Notes: generated by a model from the letters alone, not told the origin. Shown: positions 24,955 through 38,563, counted from the whole stretch's first letter. The stretch: 62,879 bases of DNA, filler included, from Octopus bimaculoides (GCF_001194135.2; 8 parts of 8 records of this genome joined end to end with filler, not necessarily neighbours in it); one strand, 5' to 3'. Made by a program: numbers and translations.

Positions 24955-25548
24955 ATGTTTCTCTCCCTGGCATGTGATGGAATCTGTTTTCTGAGCATCT
25001 TTGGTGTTTATTGCCCCTGTGCATCTGCTGCACACAAAAACTATCATCCCAGTTAACCTTCCTTTGGTGTTGCTGCACCTCTTATGTGTCCATAGCTTAC
25101 ACTGGGGACATCTCATGGAGTTTCTACCCACACTTTTTCTGCAGATCGAGCAGGACCATCTACCTGAAGGTGTTTGTGATTTGTTCACCTTCCTACTTAC
25201 TAGGACTTTGGTTTTTGTAACTTTGACTCTAAAGCCCTTTGATTCTAGACCTTGCTTCCACACCTGAAATTTCTTCTCTAGTTCTGGTAATGATTCAACT
25301 ATGAGAGCAAGGTCATCAGCATAGAGGAGCTCCCAGGGACAGCCTGTCTTGAATTCCTCTCTTATTGCCTGGAGGACTGATGAATAAGAGGGGGCTGAGG
25401 TCTGATCCTTGTGAACCCCTATTTCTACCTGGAATTCTTCACTATACTCGTTGCTGACCCAAACCTTACTGACAGCATCCCTGTACAGCCCTTTTTAACC
25501 ACTCACTCGTCTATCCCTAGTTTCTGCATTGCCCACCAGATAAGGATG
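24955..25548 (-). mobile_element. Second copy of the same RTE-clade LINE fragment, in the MTOR intron after coding exon 9
   Basis: Aligns by eye to about 3735-4325 of the first copy (LLYADDL, WKQGLESKG, Cys/His segment). Confidence 0.92.
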
Positions 25549-26104
25549 AAAGCCAGTTTCATCTCTTGTACAATATTTACATCAGATTATGTTAACGAAT
25601 ATAAAAATTTTAATGAGACAGTAATGATTTCCCAGAAAATAAGAAAAATAAATTTGAAGGAACAAAAATCTAAATGAAGAGATGCAAACAGAAATAAAAT
25701 ACATTTTTCCAGATTTTTCTAATGTTGACTTTAGGAAGAGCATCCAGCTTTTGGCATTGTGACCCAGTGCCAAAGGAGACACTGGATCACAATGCAGTCC
25801 TTGAACCCATCAGATCCTGTTATACTGTCCAATCCATGCCAGCATGGAATGTGGATGCTTAAATGATAATAATCCAAAACTCAGTTGACCACCATTAAAC
25901 TGTAACAAAATAGCTTTATTTCTGCAGTGAATTTTATTTTTTTCATCTCGCATTCTATTTTTAATAAAATATCAAGTTTCCCATTTTATTTTATTCTGAT
26001 GTACTTATAAAAATTAGGAAGAAAACTGGAAGATTATCTGGTTTGTTTCATTGCTTGTAGTTGTCATTAGATAAATCTAATTAAAAAAGTATTTTGTCTT
26101 TCAG

Positions 26105-26233
26105 GAAACAGAAAGCTATCTCTGTGGAACCTTCCGTTTTTACCTGTATCAGCATGTTGGGGAGAGCTTTGGAGACTTCAATTGCTCGTGACATGAAGGA
26201 CATCTTGGACTCCATGCTGTTCACAGGTTTAAG
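26105..26233 (+). CDS. MTOR: mTOR coding exon 10 (KQKAISVEPSVFTCISMLGRA...MLFTGL)
   Basis: tttcag acceptor and GTAAAT donor; 129 nt; VFTCISML motif. Confidence 0.95.
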
Positions 26234-27112
26234 GTAAATGCTTAAATAATTTAATGATAGTTCTAACCTACTGAAATGTTGGTTGTTCTTGCTTTGGACC
26301 AGTCATTCTGGGACTCTGCATATTCTCTTATTTATGGTCATCTTAGAATGTTATGGTTTCTTATTTTTCATTATTGTTGTTGTTGTTGTTGTTTGAGTAG
26401 TGGGATGAATGGTAAGTATGGTGCCAGTATGCTTGTGTGATGTGGTCAAGATTCTTGTTTCTCAACCATGTGGTCTCAAGTTCAGTTGCATTATGCAGCA
26501 CCTTGGGTAAGTGTCTTCTACTACATAGCCTCAGGCCAACCAAAGCCTTGTTAGTAGATTTGGTTGATGGAAACTGAAAGAAGCTTATCATTTATGTGCG
26601 TGGGTGTGCACCCATGTTTTGACATCACATGGTAGTTGTAAACAAGTGTCCATATCATACATGTAATGTTTCTTTCCAATCTGTCATGGGAAATATTACC
26701 ATGTTTGGAAACGGGTAAGTGCTAATAACAAGAAAAGCATCCAGCTGTATAAAATCTGCCTCAACAAATTCCATCTGACCCATGTGAGCATGGAAAAGTG
26801 AATATTAAATGATGATGATCATCGTGATGCTAGAATAGATCTGCAAGACTTGAGATCTTGTGGGAGTTTTTTTTTTCTTTTTAGTTTGGTGCTTTAGGGT
26901 TCTGACATGACCACGGGTGGTATGTATTTTGCCCTCCCTTCTGTAGTGTGTGTGGGGGTTCACTAAAAAAAATACCATAAATCAAATTATTCTTTTTGTT
27001 TCTTGTTTTAATATCAACCTTGTACTTGGTCAAAGTGATATTTCCTTTGTTGTTTTTTGTTAATCATTTTCATCTTATTTTGTTAATTCAATTTTTTTCC
27101 TTTCTCCATCAG

Positions 27113-27270
27113 TCCTGCATTGACAGCCGCACTGCGGGATCTGGCTACCTATATCCCCCAGATGAAGAAAGATATCCAAGATGGGTTACTTAGGATGTTG
27201 TCCTTGATTCTGATTGGTCGACCACTTCAGCATCCTGGTGCTCCCAAGAATTTACCCATTGGGTCGTCTG
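27113..27270 (+). CDS. MTOR: mTOR coding exon 11 (SPALTAAL...KKDIQDGLLRMLSL...HPGAPK)
   Basis: ccatcag acceptor and GTAAGC donor; KKDIQDGLL motif. Confidence 0.95.
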
Positions 27271-27899
27271 GTAAGCAAACCCCGATTTTTATAATCCATG
27301 TTCTCATTAAAACTATCTCTTATTTCAGAGCTGCAGCCCCTTTCCTCTACCCATGTTCTCCTCTCAGTGTTTCCCTTCTTCCCTTCACATTCTCAAAATC
27401 TTACTTTTGCACTCACCTTATCCAGTCCTTTGTACTACTTATATACACACCTTCCTGTAACTTGGAGTATTCCCTGACACATCTTCCCTATCTTCTCTTT
27501 CTCTCTCTGGTAGCCATGTGTCTCCTATACAGCAAAACACCTGTTTCTGTCCCTCGGTCATACTTTAACCTCTCATCACCTGGTACTCCCTCAGTACTAC
27601 TTTCCCTTCATTTGTGGGGGTCTTGTCTTGCAAGTTACTTGGTGACCTTGTTGGCGCCATGTAGAAAGCAACCAGTCCATTCTGTAAAGTGGTTGGCTTT
27701 AGGAAAGGCATCCAGTAATAGAAACCATGCCAGAACAGACATTTGGAAACTGGTGCATCTTTCTGGCTTGTCAAACTGCCCAATTCGTGCCAGCATGGAA
27801 AATGGACATTAAAAAGGGGGGGGGGAACTAATGTTATCTGTGTGTGTGAGAGAGAGATGCGTTATTGTTTACTGATTGTGTATTTATTTCCTTTTGCAG

Positions 27900-27971
27900 C
27901 TGGTAGTGATTCTCAAGATGACACTAGTATTACATTGGCACTCTCAACTCTGGGCAGTTTTGATTTTGAAG
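27900..27971 (+). CDS. MTOR: mTOR coding exon 12 (GSDSQDDTSITLALSTLGSFDFE), last exon detectable
   Basis: ttttgcag acceptor and GTAAAC donor; SITLAL.TLGSF.FEG motif. Confidence 0.93.
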
Positions 27972-28452
27972 GTAAACCAAATTCATTTCTTTTGTTCAAG
28001 GCAATAACTGAAAACATTTTTGTTTTTTAAATGTTGTAGTGTTATTTAAGAGTTACAACTGTTGTATAAAAATTAACAGGTTTATTTGATCAGAGCTAAT
28101 AGCTATCTTTAATTTGAAGACAAAGAGTAATGTTCCCTCCAAAATGAGAATATAGGCACAAAGACGTATGTTGTTTATCCTATATGTAAAGGAAATTAAA
28201 CATTTTTGGCACCAACTCACCTGAATCTGTCCTTGGTTCAATGATACAAACTCCATGTCTTAAAATCATCTTAATTAAAACCTACCATCAAAATTTCATA
28301 TAAATTTATATTCAAAACACCAGCTTAATAATGAAAAAGTTATTTTACTGAATTCATTATTATTTTCAAAATTATTTGAGCCAAAGGTATTTCAACAGAG
28401 ATGTAGCAAAAGGGTAAATGTAATATCAGTACATTAAAAATAATTTATATGC

Positions 28453-28601
28453 TCATCATCATCATCATCATCGTTTAACGTCCGCTTTCCATGCTAGCAT
28501 GGGTTGGACGATTTGACTGAGGACTGGTGAAACCGGATGGCAACACCAGGCTCCAGTCTGATTTGGCAGAGTTTCTACAGCTGGATGCCCTTCCTAACGC
28601 C
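28453..28601 (-). mobile_element. Family B copy (young), cut by a spacer gap
   Basis: 2 mismatches in about 131 bp against 61371-61500. Confidence 0.85.
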
Positions 28602-28701
28602 NNNNNNNNNNNNNNNNNNNNNNNNNNNNNNNNNNNNNNNNNNNNTTAATTAATTAANNNNNNNNNNNNNNNNNNNNNNNNNNNNNNNNNNNNNNNNNNN
28701 N
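28602..28701. other. Artificial scaffold spacer 44N-TTAATTAATTAA-44N
   Basis: Exactly 100 bp; the 12-mer has stop codons in all six frames. The same 12-mer sits between N runs at 37724, 42410, 46461, 50593, 56578 and 61634. Confidence 0.92.
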
Positions 28702-29027
28702 CTGTGCGTGAGAAGACCCGGCAAGCCAAGTGAGATCATTGCCAGTGCCCCTGGACTGGCTCTTGTGAGGGTGGCACATAAAAGACACCATTTTGAGCAT
28801 GGCCGTTGCCAGTATCGCCTGACTGGCCTTCGTGCAGGTGACACATAAAAGCACCTACTACACTCTCTGAGTGGTTGGTGTTAGGAAGGGCATCCAGCTG
28901 TAGAAACTCTGCCAAATTTAGATTGGAGCCTGGTGTTGCCACCCGGTTTCACCAGTCCTCAGTCAAGTCGTCCAACCCATGCTAGCATGGAAAGCGGACG
29001 TTAAACGACGATGATGATGATGATGAT
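28702..29027 (+). mobile_element. Family B copy on the far side of the spacer
   Basis: Same consensus as 21496-21858; ends in (GAT)n. Confidence 0.85.
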
Positions 29028-29516
29028 ATATATACAGTTATATATGTGTGTGTGTGTGTATATATAGTATGTATTTCTATCATCATCATCTTTTAGTGTC
29101 CATCTGTCTTCAGTCCTAACATGGGTTGAATGGCTTGACAACGTCCAACAGATCCGAAAACTGCATCATGCTCCAATGTTTGCCTTGGCATGGTTTCTAC
29201 AGCTGGATGAACTTCTTAATGCCAACCACCTTACAGCATGTATCGAGTGCATTTTTTCTCATGGCACCGGTCATTGCAAGGTCCCCATGCAGTTTTAAAG
29301 AGGTTCCCTCTACTGTTAGGGTGTGACACTTCTTCACACAGCTGTCCTCATCCATACGCAACACATGGGGCCCACACTCAAAAGGAGCTCAGTCACAACT
29401 ACGATTCACTTAGCTTCATGGGTCTTCTCAAGCACAGCATATCGCCAAAGGTCTCAGTCACTACTTATCACTTCTGTGAGGCCCAAAGTTCAAAAATCAT
29501 GCTTCACCCACTCATC

Positions 29517-29547
<31 letters not shown>

Positions 29548-29554
29548 TATATAA

Positions 29555-30545
29555 AACAATGAAATTATTGTGTATAGTGCTCAGGTGCACTACAACTCAC
29601 CAAAGAATTATGTACAAAAGTCAGGAAAGTGAACCGTGTATGAGTCATAATATACATGTGTGCATGCATATGGAGGGGGGATACCAGGTGTAGTGTTGGC
29701 AAATTCCAGGAAGCATGGAGGTTTTAAAGGATGCAATATCTTGGCAGCTAACAACTGATGCAGGTAGTTTGTTCAGCAACTCGGAGGGGGTGAAAAAATG
29801 TTTCTGAAAGTCATGGGAGCTGTGCTGTTTCCTGACTTTGTAGGCATGCCCACATGAGTTAGACACAGAGCCCAAAAAGTTGCCCAAGATGGTTGTTGGC
29901 ATGATGGTTAATAATTTTGTGGGTGTTTACTAAGTCAATTGCCAGACGTCAGAGCTTCAATGTATCTAAGCCCAGGGAAGCAAGGTGTTCAGGGTATGGT
30001 AGATGTTTGATGGGGGGTGTTTGCTTGGTTGCATGTCTCTGAACAGTTTCCAGGAGGTCAATGTCCTGAGCAAGATACGGGTTCCAGACTGGTGATGCAA
30101 ATTCCAAGTGTGGCTGCACCATGGCCATATACAACCTTAAACAGACAGCTGGAGAGCAGCTGACAAAGGTCTTGCTGAGTGATGCCAAGACACCAGACAC
30201 CCTCAGCCTTCTGGATAATTTTAGAGATGTGCCTTGTCCAGTGCAAATCACTGCTGACAGTAAAGCCCAGGTCACGTTCACAAGAAGACATCTTGATATT
30301 AGTGTAGAGAGAGTATGTGGATGCTGGGTATTTCCTCCCAAAATGTATGGTGGTACACTTGTTCACAGCCAGCTTGAGTTGCCAGTCCGTGATCTGTTGT
30401 TCCATTGTGTCCAAGTCCGATTGCAATAAAGATCTATAGGGTTCAGGATCTGTCCTTTTTATCTCAAGGTACAGCTTGATGCCATCTGCAAGCAATAAAT
30501 TACAGGACTCAAAATACAAAAGTAGAGTATCATTCTTTGATATGC
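29555..30545 (-). mobile_element. CR1/L2-type LINE 3' fragment (RT C-terminus and 3' UTR)
   Basis: WQLKLAVNKC...ERDLG...SSDLHW..HI and LY.AMVQPHLEFASPVWNPY...DIDLLETVQRHATK; 3' tail GTTGTAGTGCACCTGAGCAC followed by an AT microsatellite. Confidence 0.85.
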
Positions 30546-31086
30546 TATGACTCAAAGCCTCTAATTCGCCGTCATCTGAATTGCTCATTTTTGATCACCA
30601 GCTAGTGAACTAGGCTTAGATTTCTTTTGACTATTCACTGTGTGAATATTTTTTGAAATATGGAGTGAAAGCTTGAAGGAAATGCTTATCATTTATGTTC
30701 TTTTGTTCAGAAAGCTTTGTGAATGACATGTGCAAAAATGACTGCTTCAAGCTCACATTTTTTTAATTTCATTTCTGCTTGTCTCGGACGAATATCATTA
30801 TAAATGCTGTAAACTCTATAGAACCAAACTCGTGAAACTGTGTTGCTGTGTAAGCAATGTTCTGAAGTAATATGTTTAATTAATGCTTTTAATTAAAATT
30901 TAAAAAGAACTATGAGTGTGTATGTGGGTGTTCATTTTGCATGCACCTGTGCAGACGCATAGATATAGACATATGTACACTCATAGATTCACATGTCTAC
31001 ACAAAATTATACATACATGTACACACAATTATATATAAATGTACACATATGCTAATATACATATACTCACACATAGACATGCGCAC

Positions 31087-31204
<118 letters not shown>

Positions 31205-31416
31205 TAAAGTTTATATTAATAAAACTTGTTAATTAAACATTTCAAAATTTTTTTGTCTCTCTGAACCAGAACAAAATTCAAAGAGACTTGTATTTGCGTA
31301 AAAGATACTCAGCCACATGCATACAAGTTGACAGTTCATTTGTTTTGTTCAAACTATTGGTGCCTTGAGCCAAAATTCTCAAACAAAGGCTCCTCACTGC
31401 ATCTTCGATTTAAAGC

Positions 31417-31466
31417 TCCTGACAATTCACTGTATCAAAGGCCTTGGGCAAGTCAACAAAGGTCAT
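31417..31466 (-). mobile_element. Tiny LINE RT remnant (MTFVDLPKAFDTVNCQEL)
   Basis: Manual translation gives the FVDL.KAFD.V motif of non-LTR reverse transcriptases. Confidence 0.55.
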
Positions 31467-33692
31467 TTGATTTTGGTCACGTGCTTTTTCTTGTGTGTGT
31501 ATATATTTACACAGATACATACACAGATATAGGTTTGGGAAAACAAGCAGGATAAACAGAACTCAATATGTGATTAAAAAAAAAAGAAATTTATATATTA
31601 GATGCAGGCTTGGCTATGTACTGAATAATAATTTCACTCCCCAACACCATGGTTCATGGTTCAGTCCCACTGCATGGTGCGTTGTGCAAGCATCTTCTAA
31701 TATACCCCAGGTTGATAAAAAAAAACATGTGGGTGGGTTTTGTAGACATACACTGAAAGAAGCTTAACGCGTGTGTGTGACTGTCTTACATTGCAGGATA
31801 GTTGTAAAGGAGTTGCTTGTTTCCAATCTTCCATGAAAACATGTCTGGCCATGGGAAACATTATCTTAATTGGGTAAGTTGAGAGCTGGCAACAAGAAGG
31901 GTATCTAGCCATAGAAAATCTGTCTCAAAGAATTCCATCTTACCCATGAAAGCATGGCAAAATGGACAGTAACACGATGGTGGTAGTGGTGGTAATTATT
32001 ATTATACATGTATGTTATACACACCTGTGGAGTTTGTAATAACATTGGCTTGTAATTAGAGACTGACATAATTTACACATGCTTAGCTTTGCCACTTCCT
32101 CTAACTAACCCCACTCTCTGTCTGTCTGTCTGTCTGTCTCTCTTTCTGTCTATGTCTTTATAAATAGTAATGAAAGAGAGATTTTTGGGTAGCTTCCAAT
32201 TCTTAGCTGTATGCCCACATATACCCTAGAGAATAAACACACTTGCAAACATGCACACATAAAGACTAATATAACACACATCCAAATACCTAAATGTATA
32301 CCAACACACACACACACACACACATGCAAACACACCTATAGGCATATTTAGATACCACTCCACATGCACACACACATTCACACACACAAATCTGTTTGCA
32401 TCAGGAAGTTTAACTTGTGAGCATGGCACCAAAATTTGGTAAAGGTTCAATACAAGTCTTCAGTTATGATAAACGTTTGTGGCTTGTGTCCATCATATTG
32501 GCTGATAGGAGTGAAAAGTCAAAAAGGTCATGTGTTGCAAATAAATATCAACCGACTGGAATTTTGTAAGAAAAAATAAACATAAAATATTATGTGAGCA
32601 GTTTCAATGGTTGTAAGGTCAATGTATTGCAGTTTTGAAAACTTTGGTCAAGAGTTCAATTCTTAGTACCACAACCATTCTGTTGTGTCCCAGACCAGCA
32701 CATCACATAACTTATTCCAGTTTATTTGGCTAGACTTGTTAAATGTCGCAATGATATCCACCCAATCGTTTAACCCTTTAACATTTAAACCAGCAATATC
32801 TAGTCAAAATATTGTACTTGTTTTATGTTCAAACTAGCCAGATGTGGGCCCTCACACCAACCCTACAATGTCATTCTAAAACTTAGCCGTTACCTCATCA
32901 AAATCTCAAAGGTACAAGAAAATTCATGATTAATTCAAGGCATGTGAATAAATAAGCATTACCTGTGATAGAATAATCCCTTAACTTGGAATGGACAGTC
33001 TCTCCAAGCTGAAAGACTATTGATTGTAGTTTCTTCATAATTATTGCTTCATATCAATAAGAGATTTCAAAATTTAAACAATCATCTTTTCACCTTGATT
33101 TTATAATTTTCCATTAAAAAATCAATGAGCTTTTGACATTCCTGAAATTTAGTAGGTCTTCTCCCATTCTCACATGCACATGAACTGGAAGAATCATTAG
33201 CACATCAACCAAAATGCCTTGACAGCATTTCCTCCAGCCCTTTATGTTCTGAGGTCAAATTCCTTCAAGGTCAACTTTGATTTCCATCTTTTTTTTTNNN
33301 NNNNNNNNNNNNNNNNNNNNNNNNNNNNNNNNNNNNNNNNNNNNNNNNNNNNNNNNNNNNNNNNNNNNNNNNNNNNNNNNNNNNNNNNNNNNNNNNNNNN
33401 NNNNNNNNNNNNNNNNNNNNNNNNNNNNNNNNNNNNNNNNNNNNNNNNNNNNNNNNNNNNNNNNNNNNNNNNNNNNNNNNNNNNNNNNNNNNNNNNNNNN
33501 NNNNNNNNNNNNNNNNNNNNNNNNNNNNNNNNNNNNNNNNNNNNNNNNNNNNNNNNNNNNNNNNNNNNNNNNNNNNNNNNNNNNNNNNNNNNNNNNNNNN
33601 NNNNNNNNNNNNNNNNNNNNNNNNNNNNNNNNNNNNNNNNNNNNNNNNNNNNNNNNNNNNNNNNNNNNNNNNNNNNNNNNNNNNNNNNNNNN

Positions 33693-33737
<45 letters not shown>

Positions 33738-34568
33738 TTTACATTACTTTTTATCTGTATGTAATATACGTCTTTCATTTTATGTTTATCTCCACTGTTG
33801 TCCTCCGCTGGGTTTTACTATTTCCTGTTTAATTTCTCATATTCCAGGGGCTTGATAGGCAGCCATAATGCTTTTATAAAGCATGCATGCCCCACCGCTT
33901 TCTGTTCTGTCATTTGAAACATCTATCTTGTTCCAAATCGTTAACATTCTTCACCTACACCTTCTCTTCACCCTTTTGTTACCATATTGCTCTGTGTTTC
34001 TTTCAATTAATTTTAAATATAACAAAGAATTTAGTAAAATAACTTCGTTATCATTAAGCTAGTGTCAGGAGCGTAAATTATGACTAAGGTTTGGTGGAAG
34101 ATTTTAATTCAGAACTTATGGAAACAAGACATTTGTAGTACAGAGCCAGAGCTGGTTTCAGCTGGGTTTTCGTATCGAAAGGGTTAAGTGGTTCACTCAT
34201 AAACTAACATTTCATTCCTTTCTTATTCAGTTCTAGTGTGTGAGTGGTTTTAGTTGGTTCCTCTTGTCTTCATAGCTCATTAAGCTTCCACATCAGTGTA
34301 GCAGACAATGGAACACAATGCAGTCAAATCATTCAATCCATGCCAACATGGAAGATGGACATTAAAATATGATGCTGATGTACAGACATACATGCATGCA
34401 TCATTTGACATGTGTGTTCCATTCTGAGACATGGCTTATTAGTCAAAAAGTCTGTCTCACAATCATGAAAATAGAAACGACATTGAAGCTTATCAGATTG
34501 ACTGAACTCTGTAATTCAAAAGGTCTGGCTTTGTCACGCTGATTCTACTTGAGAATTACATGAAGGCT

Positions 34569-34607
<39 letters not shown>

Positions 34608-35071
34608 CGTAATACTCAACTACTTTACACACTAATTCAATGACTAAGTCATTTAGCTGATTCAGCAACTTTTGATAGATGCTCATGTGTCATTTGTATG
34701 TGTGTGTGTGTGTGTGTGTGTGNNNNNNNNNNNNNNNNNNNNNNNNNNNNNNNNNNNNNNNNNNNNNNNNNNNNNNNNNNNNNNNNNNNNNNNNNNNNNN
34801 NNNNNNNNNNNNNNNNNNNNNNNCCTTTTAACATCCGCTTTCCCTTGCTTGCATGGGTTGGAAGGAATTTGTTGAAGGAATTTGTTGAAGTTCTACAGCT
34901 GGATGCCCTTGCTGTATCCAACCTCACCCCTTTCCAAGTAAGGCAATATTCCCCCTCCCCTCCCTCATGGCCAGACAGGTTTTTCACAGAGGAATGGAAA
35001 TGAAGGATACCACTTGTTTGGTGGTGACACTTGTTTACAACTATCACATAATGATGTCAGGACAAAGAGAC

Positions 35072-35112
<41 letters not shown>

Positions 35113-37058
35113 TGGTGTGATGGAGTTCTTTTAGTTTCCATTCACAATTCTTCTCATACGAGGGTTCCAGTTGATCCAATCAACGGAACAGCCTGCTCGA
35201 GAAATTAATGTGCAAGTGGCTGAGCATTCCACAGACACGTGTACCCTTAATGTAGTTCTCAGAAAGATTCAGCGTGACACAAAGTGTGACAAGGCTGACC
35301 CTTTGAAATACAGGTAAAACAGAAACAGGAAGAAAGAGAGAAGGTTGTGGTGAAAGAATACAGCAGGGTTTGCCACCCCTCCCCCCTGCCAGAGCCTCGT
35401 AGAGCTTTAGATGTTTTCACTCAATAAACACTCACAACGCCCGGTCTTGGAATTGAAACCAAAATCCTACGACAGCAAATCCTAACCACTGGGCCATTGC
35501 GCCCCCATGGTCTGAGAATATAATAGAAGAGACTCCACTTGCCGAAGGTGCCATGGGAGGAACTGAACCCAAAACAACAGGACTGGGAAGTGAATCTCTC
35601 AACCAGACAGCCATAAACACAAAAACACGTGTACACACACACACATACACACACACACATTCATTTATATATATTTATCCAGATACATTGTTCCCCACCC
35701 ACACTTTCACACGCCCACACACACACACACACACAGCCACACTCGCAAATATCGTGTTGCTTTAAAACATCATTAAGTGTTGATTAAAACTGCCCTTCTG
35801 GAATGTTTAACTACTTCAAAATGTACTGATTTTATGGAATTTTCTCTCCCACAAATGAAAATTAATTTTAAAATATTTACAAAATATACATTCATTTTTG
35901 CTAGTACAGGACCCATGATGGCTGAGTTAATTACTACTTTATTAATTTGGATTTCATGTTGAATTTAATTATTAAGACCCTGTTAAAGTACTTTTTCAAC
36001 ACTACTTGAATTTCACTTAATTTCTCAAGTCTAAATTATCAAGTTATTCAAATTTCTGGTTTTTAGGGTTAGTTGTAAGATTTTTCTAAAGACCCCTGCC
36101 TCTTTGCATTCTGTTGTGTGAGTGCACAAATTTGAAGATATACAATATTTCAAATTGAAATTCTAGAAGTTTAATTTTGCTTAAAAATCATTTTTCTAAT
36201 CAGCAAATGAAATAGAATAAATTTTCAAAAACATTTGATAACTTTAACGAGGTGTTGCAATAATTTTAAGAACGACATTTTATAATTAAAACACAGATAT
36301 GTGTAATGTTCTATTTGTTCTAATTAACCTTTCTTTTTCTATAAATTCTTCTCTGATAGAAAATAAAATCAAGCTTCAAGTGCAGAGCGAAATTTGAACT
36401 TAAAAAAACACCTGCTACAAAGATTATCTGTTTGCCAAGCAGAAATACACTTGCATCAATTTCTATAAATGATAGATAAAACCCTCAACTTACTCTCTCA
36501 CAGTTTAATGTATAGTTATGGAAGTAAGAAATGGGGATTTAAAATCTCTCAGAAATTTCAAATTGTTTTCAGCTATGATTTTCAAAACATTTTTGCCTAA
36601 GTTATTGTAAGTTGGACTAAACATTTGTATATCAAATGTTGAGGCATTCAAATAATTAAGTTTTACAGCAAAAGAGATTCCTGTCCAAGAATCAACCCCT
36701 TAATCAGAAATTTAAGTGGTCCCATATTTGTTCTGGTTTTAAAACAATAACTCTAACAGAAACTATCTTACAATTCCATCTCTCTCCATTACTTACTCTT
36801 ACAATATTTTTTTCTTTAAATTTCATTAATTCAAACACTGAACAATATATAAACAGTCCCTTATTCTAAAGAACCCTATCTTAAAGAATCCATTTCTGTC
36901 TGAGGGATCTTATGAAGCATTAAGGATCTCAAATGTTGAATTTCACTTATTTCATTCCTGTCTTTTTTAGTAATTATTCTCCAGGCTCTGGAAATATCCT
37001 TCTTTCTCAGATGCACTGATATTGGAAACTAAATCAATTTGAGAAATATTTGATATTA

Positions 37059-37391
37059 ATTAAACCCCAAGAAGACACTATTGTCTGTCTGTCTGTCTTG
37101 TAGGAGGTGATAGCAGATATTTGACATAGTTCCATAGCAGAGTGGATAACAAGTTTCAGGTGAGTTCAGCAGGGGCAATAAAATCACTCTCTCTACAACC
37201 AAGACACGCCTTTTAAAATATTTATACTGATGTGCTCCAACCTCAGAAAATTGAGCCAAAACTGGTCGCACCGAGGACAGCTGCCCAGTTGTGATGGTCA
37301 ATTCTGTCAAAACTTTTTGAATCACATCAATTAGAGCCCAACCTAAATCAAATTTTTCACCCAATAAAGCATCCCATGTGCTGGGTTGGAT
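37059..37391 (-). CDS. Unassigned exon-like open frame (IQPSTWDALLGEKFDLGWALIDVIQKVLTEL...CYHLLQ)
   Basis: 111 open codons after an AG, protein-like composition, GC above the flanks. No convincing donor and no recognised family. Confidence 0.3.
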
Positions 37392-37779
37392 CTACCCAAT
37401 AATTTCAGGAAATAATAATTATTTCTCACAGAGATGCCAGATTATATGTTTGTGGAAAAGAAGTTTGGTTAAGTTAACTGACCGGGTATATTACTGGTAC
37501 ATATTTGATGACATGAAAAGAGAGAAAAATGAGCTCTGATAGAAAACTAAGAATTACATCATTTTGGTAAGAATTTAGGCCATTTGTTCAACCTCCATAA
37601 AATACCTTACCAATGACTTCTGAAGAACCTTTCACTCATCAGGGGACCATTGCTCAGCAGAAATATCACTCATCCTACCNNNNNNNNNNNNNNNNNNNNN
37701 NNNNNNNNNNNNNNNNNNNNNNNTTAATTAATTAANNNNNNNNNNNNNNNNNNNNNNNNNNNNNNNNNNNNNNNNNNNN

Positions 37780-37829
<50 letters not shown>

Positions 37830-38320
37830 GTATATATATGTGTGTATATGTATATACATATGTATGTATGTATATATATGTATATATACGTATATATATT
37901 GATATGTAGATATATATATATGTATATATTGCATATATGTATATATTGCATATATGTATATATACATATAGATAAATGCATATATATATATATATACACA
38001 TATATGCACACATATATAAATATGTATATATATTTATATATATGCATATGAATATAGATATTTATGTGTATATATATAAATATATATATATATATATAAA
38101 CACACACATATATATATATATATGTTTGTGTGTGTGTAAAATCGTATATATACGTAAACACCTCTATGTATATACATATATATACATTTATACATATATA
38201 TACATACATATATATATGTATATATACATATGCATATAAATACAGACACACAAATATATGTATATATACGCAGCATATATATGTGTGTGTGTGTGTGTTT
38301 GTGTTTTTGTGTGTGTGTAT
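37780..38320. repeat. Compound (GT)n/(AT)n/(ATAC)n low-complexity tract
   Basis: Direct reading; source of the spurious YI/CV/HT ORFs. Confidence 0.95.
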
Positions 38321-38513
38321 ACGTTGTGTGGAAATCACCCCGTAAGACTGTAAAGGTCGATATTCTATAGAAAGAATCAATACGCAGTTCCTGGTTTTTC
38401 GTGTGACTTGCTCCAATGGTTCTTCATGTAATTAGCTTTGCTTGTACTGAGGTATTATGGGTAAAACTTGTTTTTCTTTCCCCAGTTCTGTGTCTTCTGC
38501 ATGTTTGATGTTT

Positions 38514-38563
<50 letters not shown>

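Noticed and set aside
28453-29027. Inverted pair of family B copies forming a hairpin of about 570 bp
   Set aside because: The pair spans an artificial join, so distance and orientation are unverified.
37290-37330. IQKVLTEL as a misoriented mTOR exon (human LIQILTEL region)
   Set aside because: Flanking residues do not match a region that is otherwise highly conserved in mTOR.
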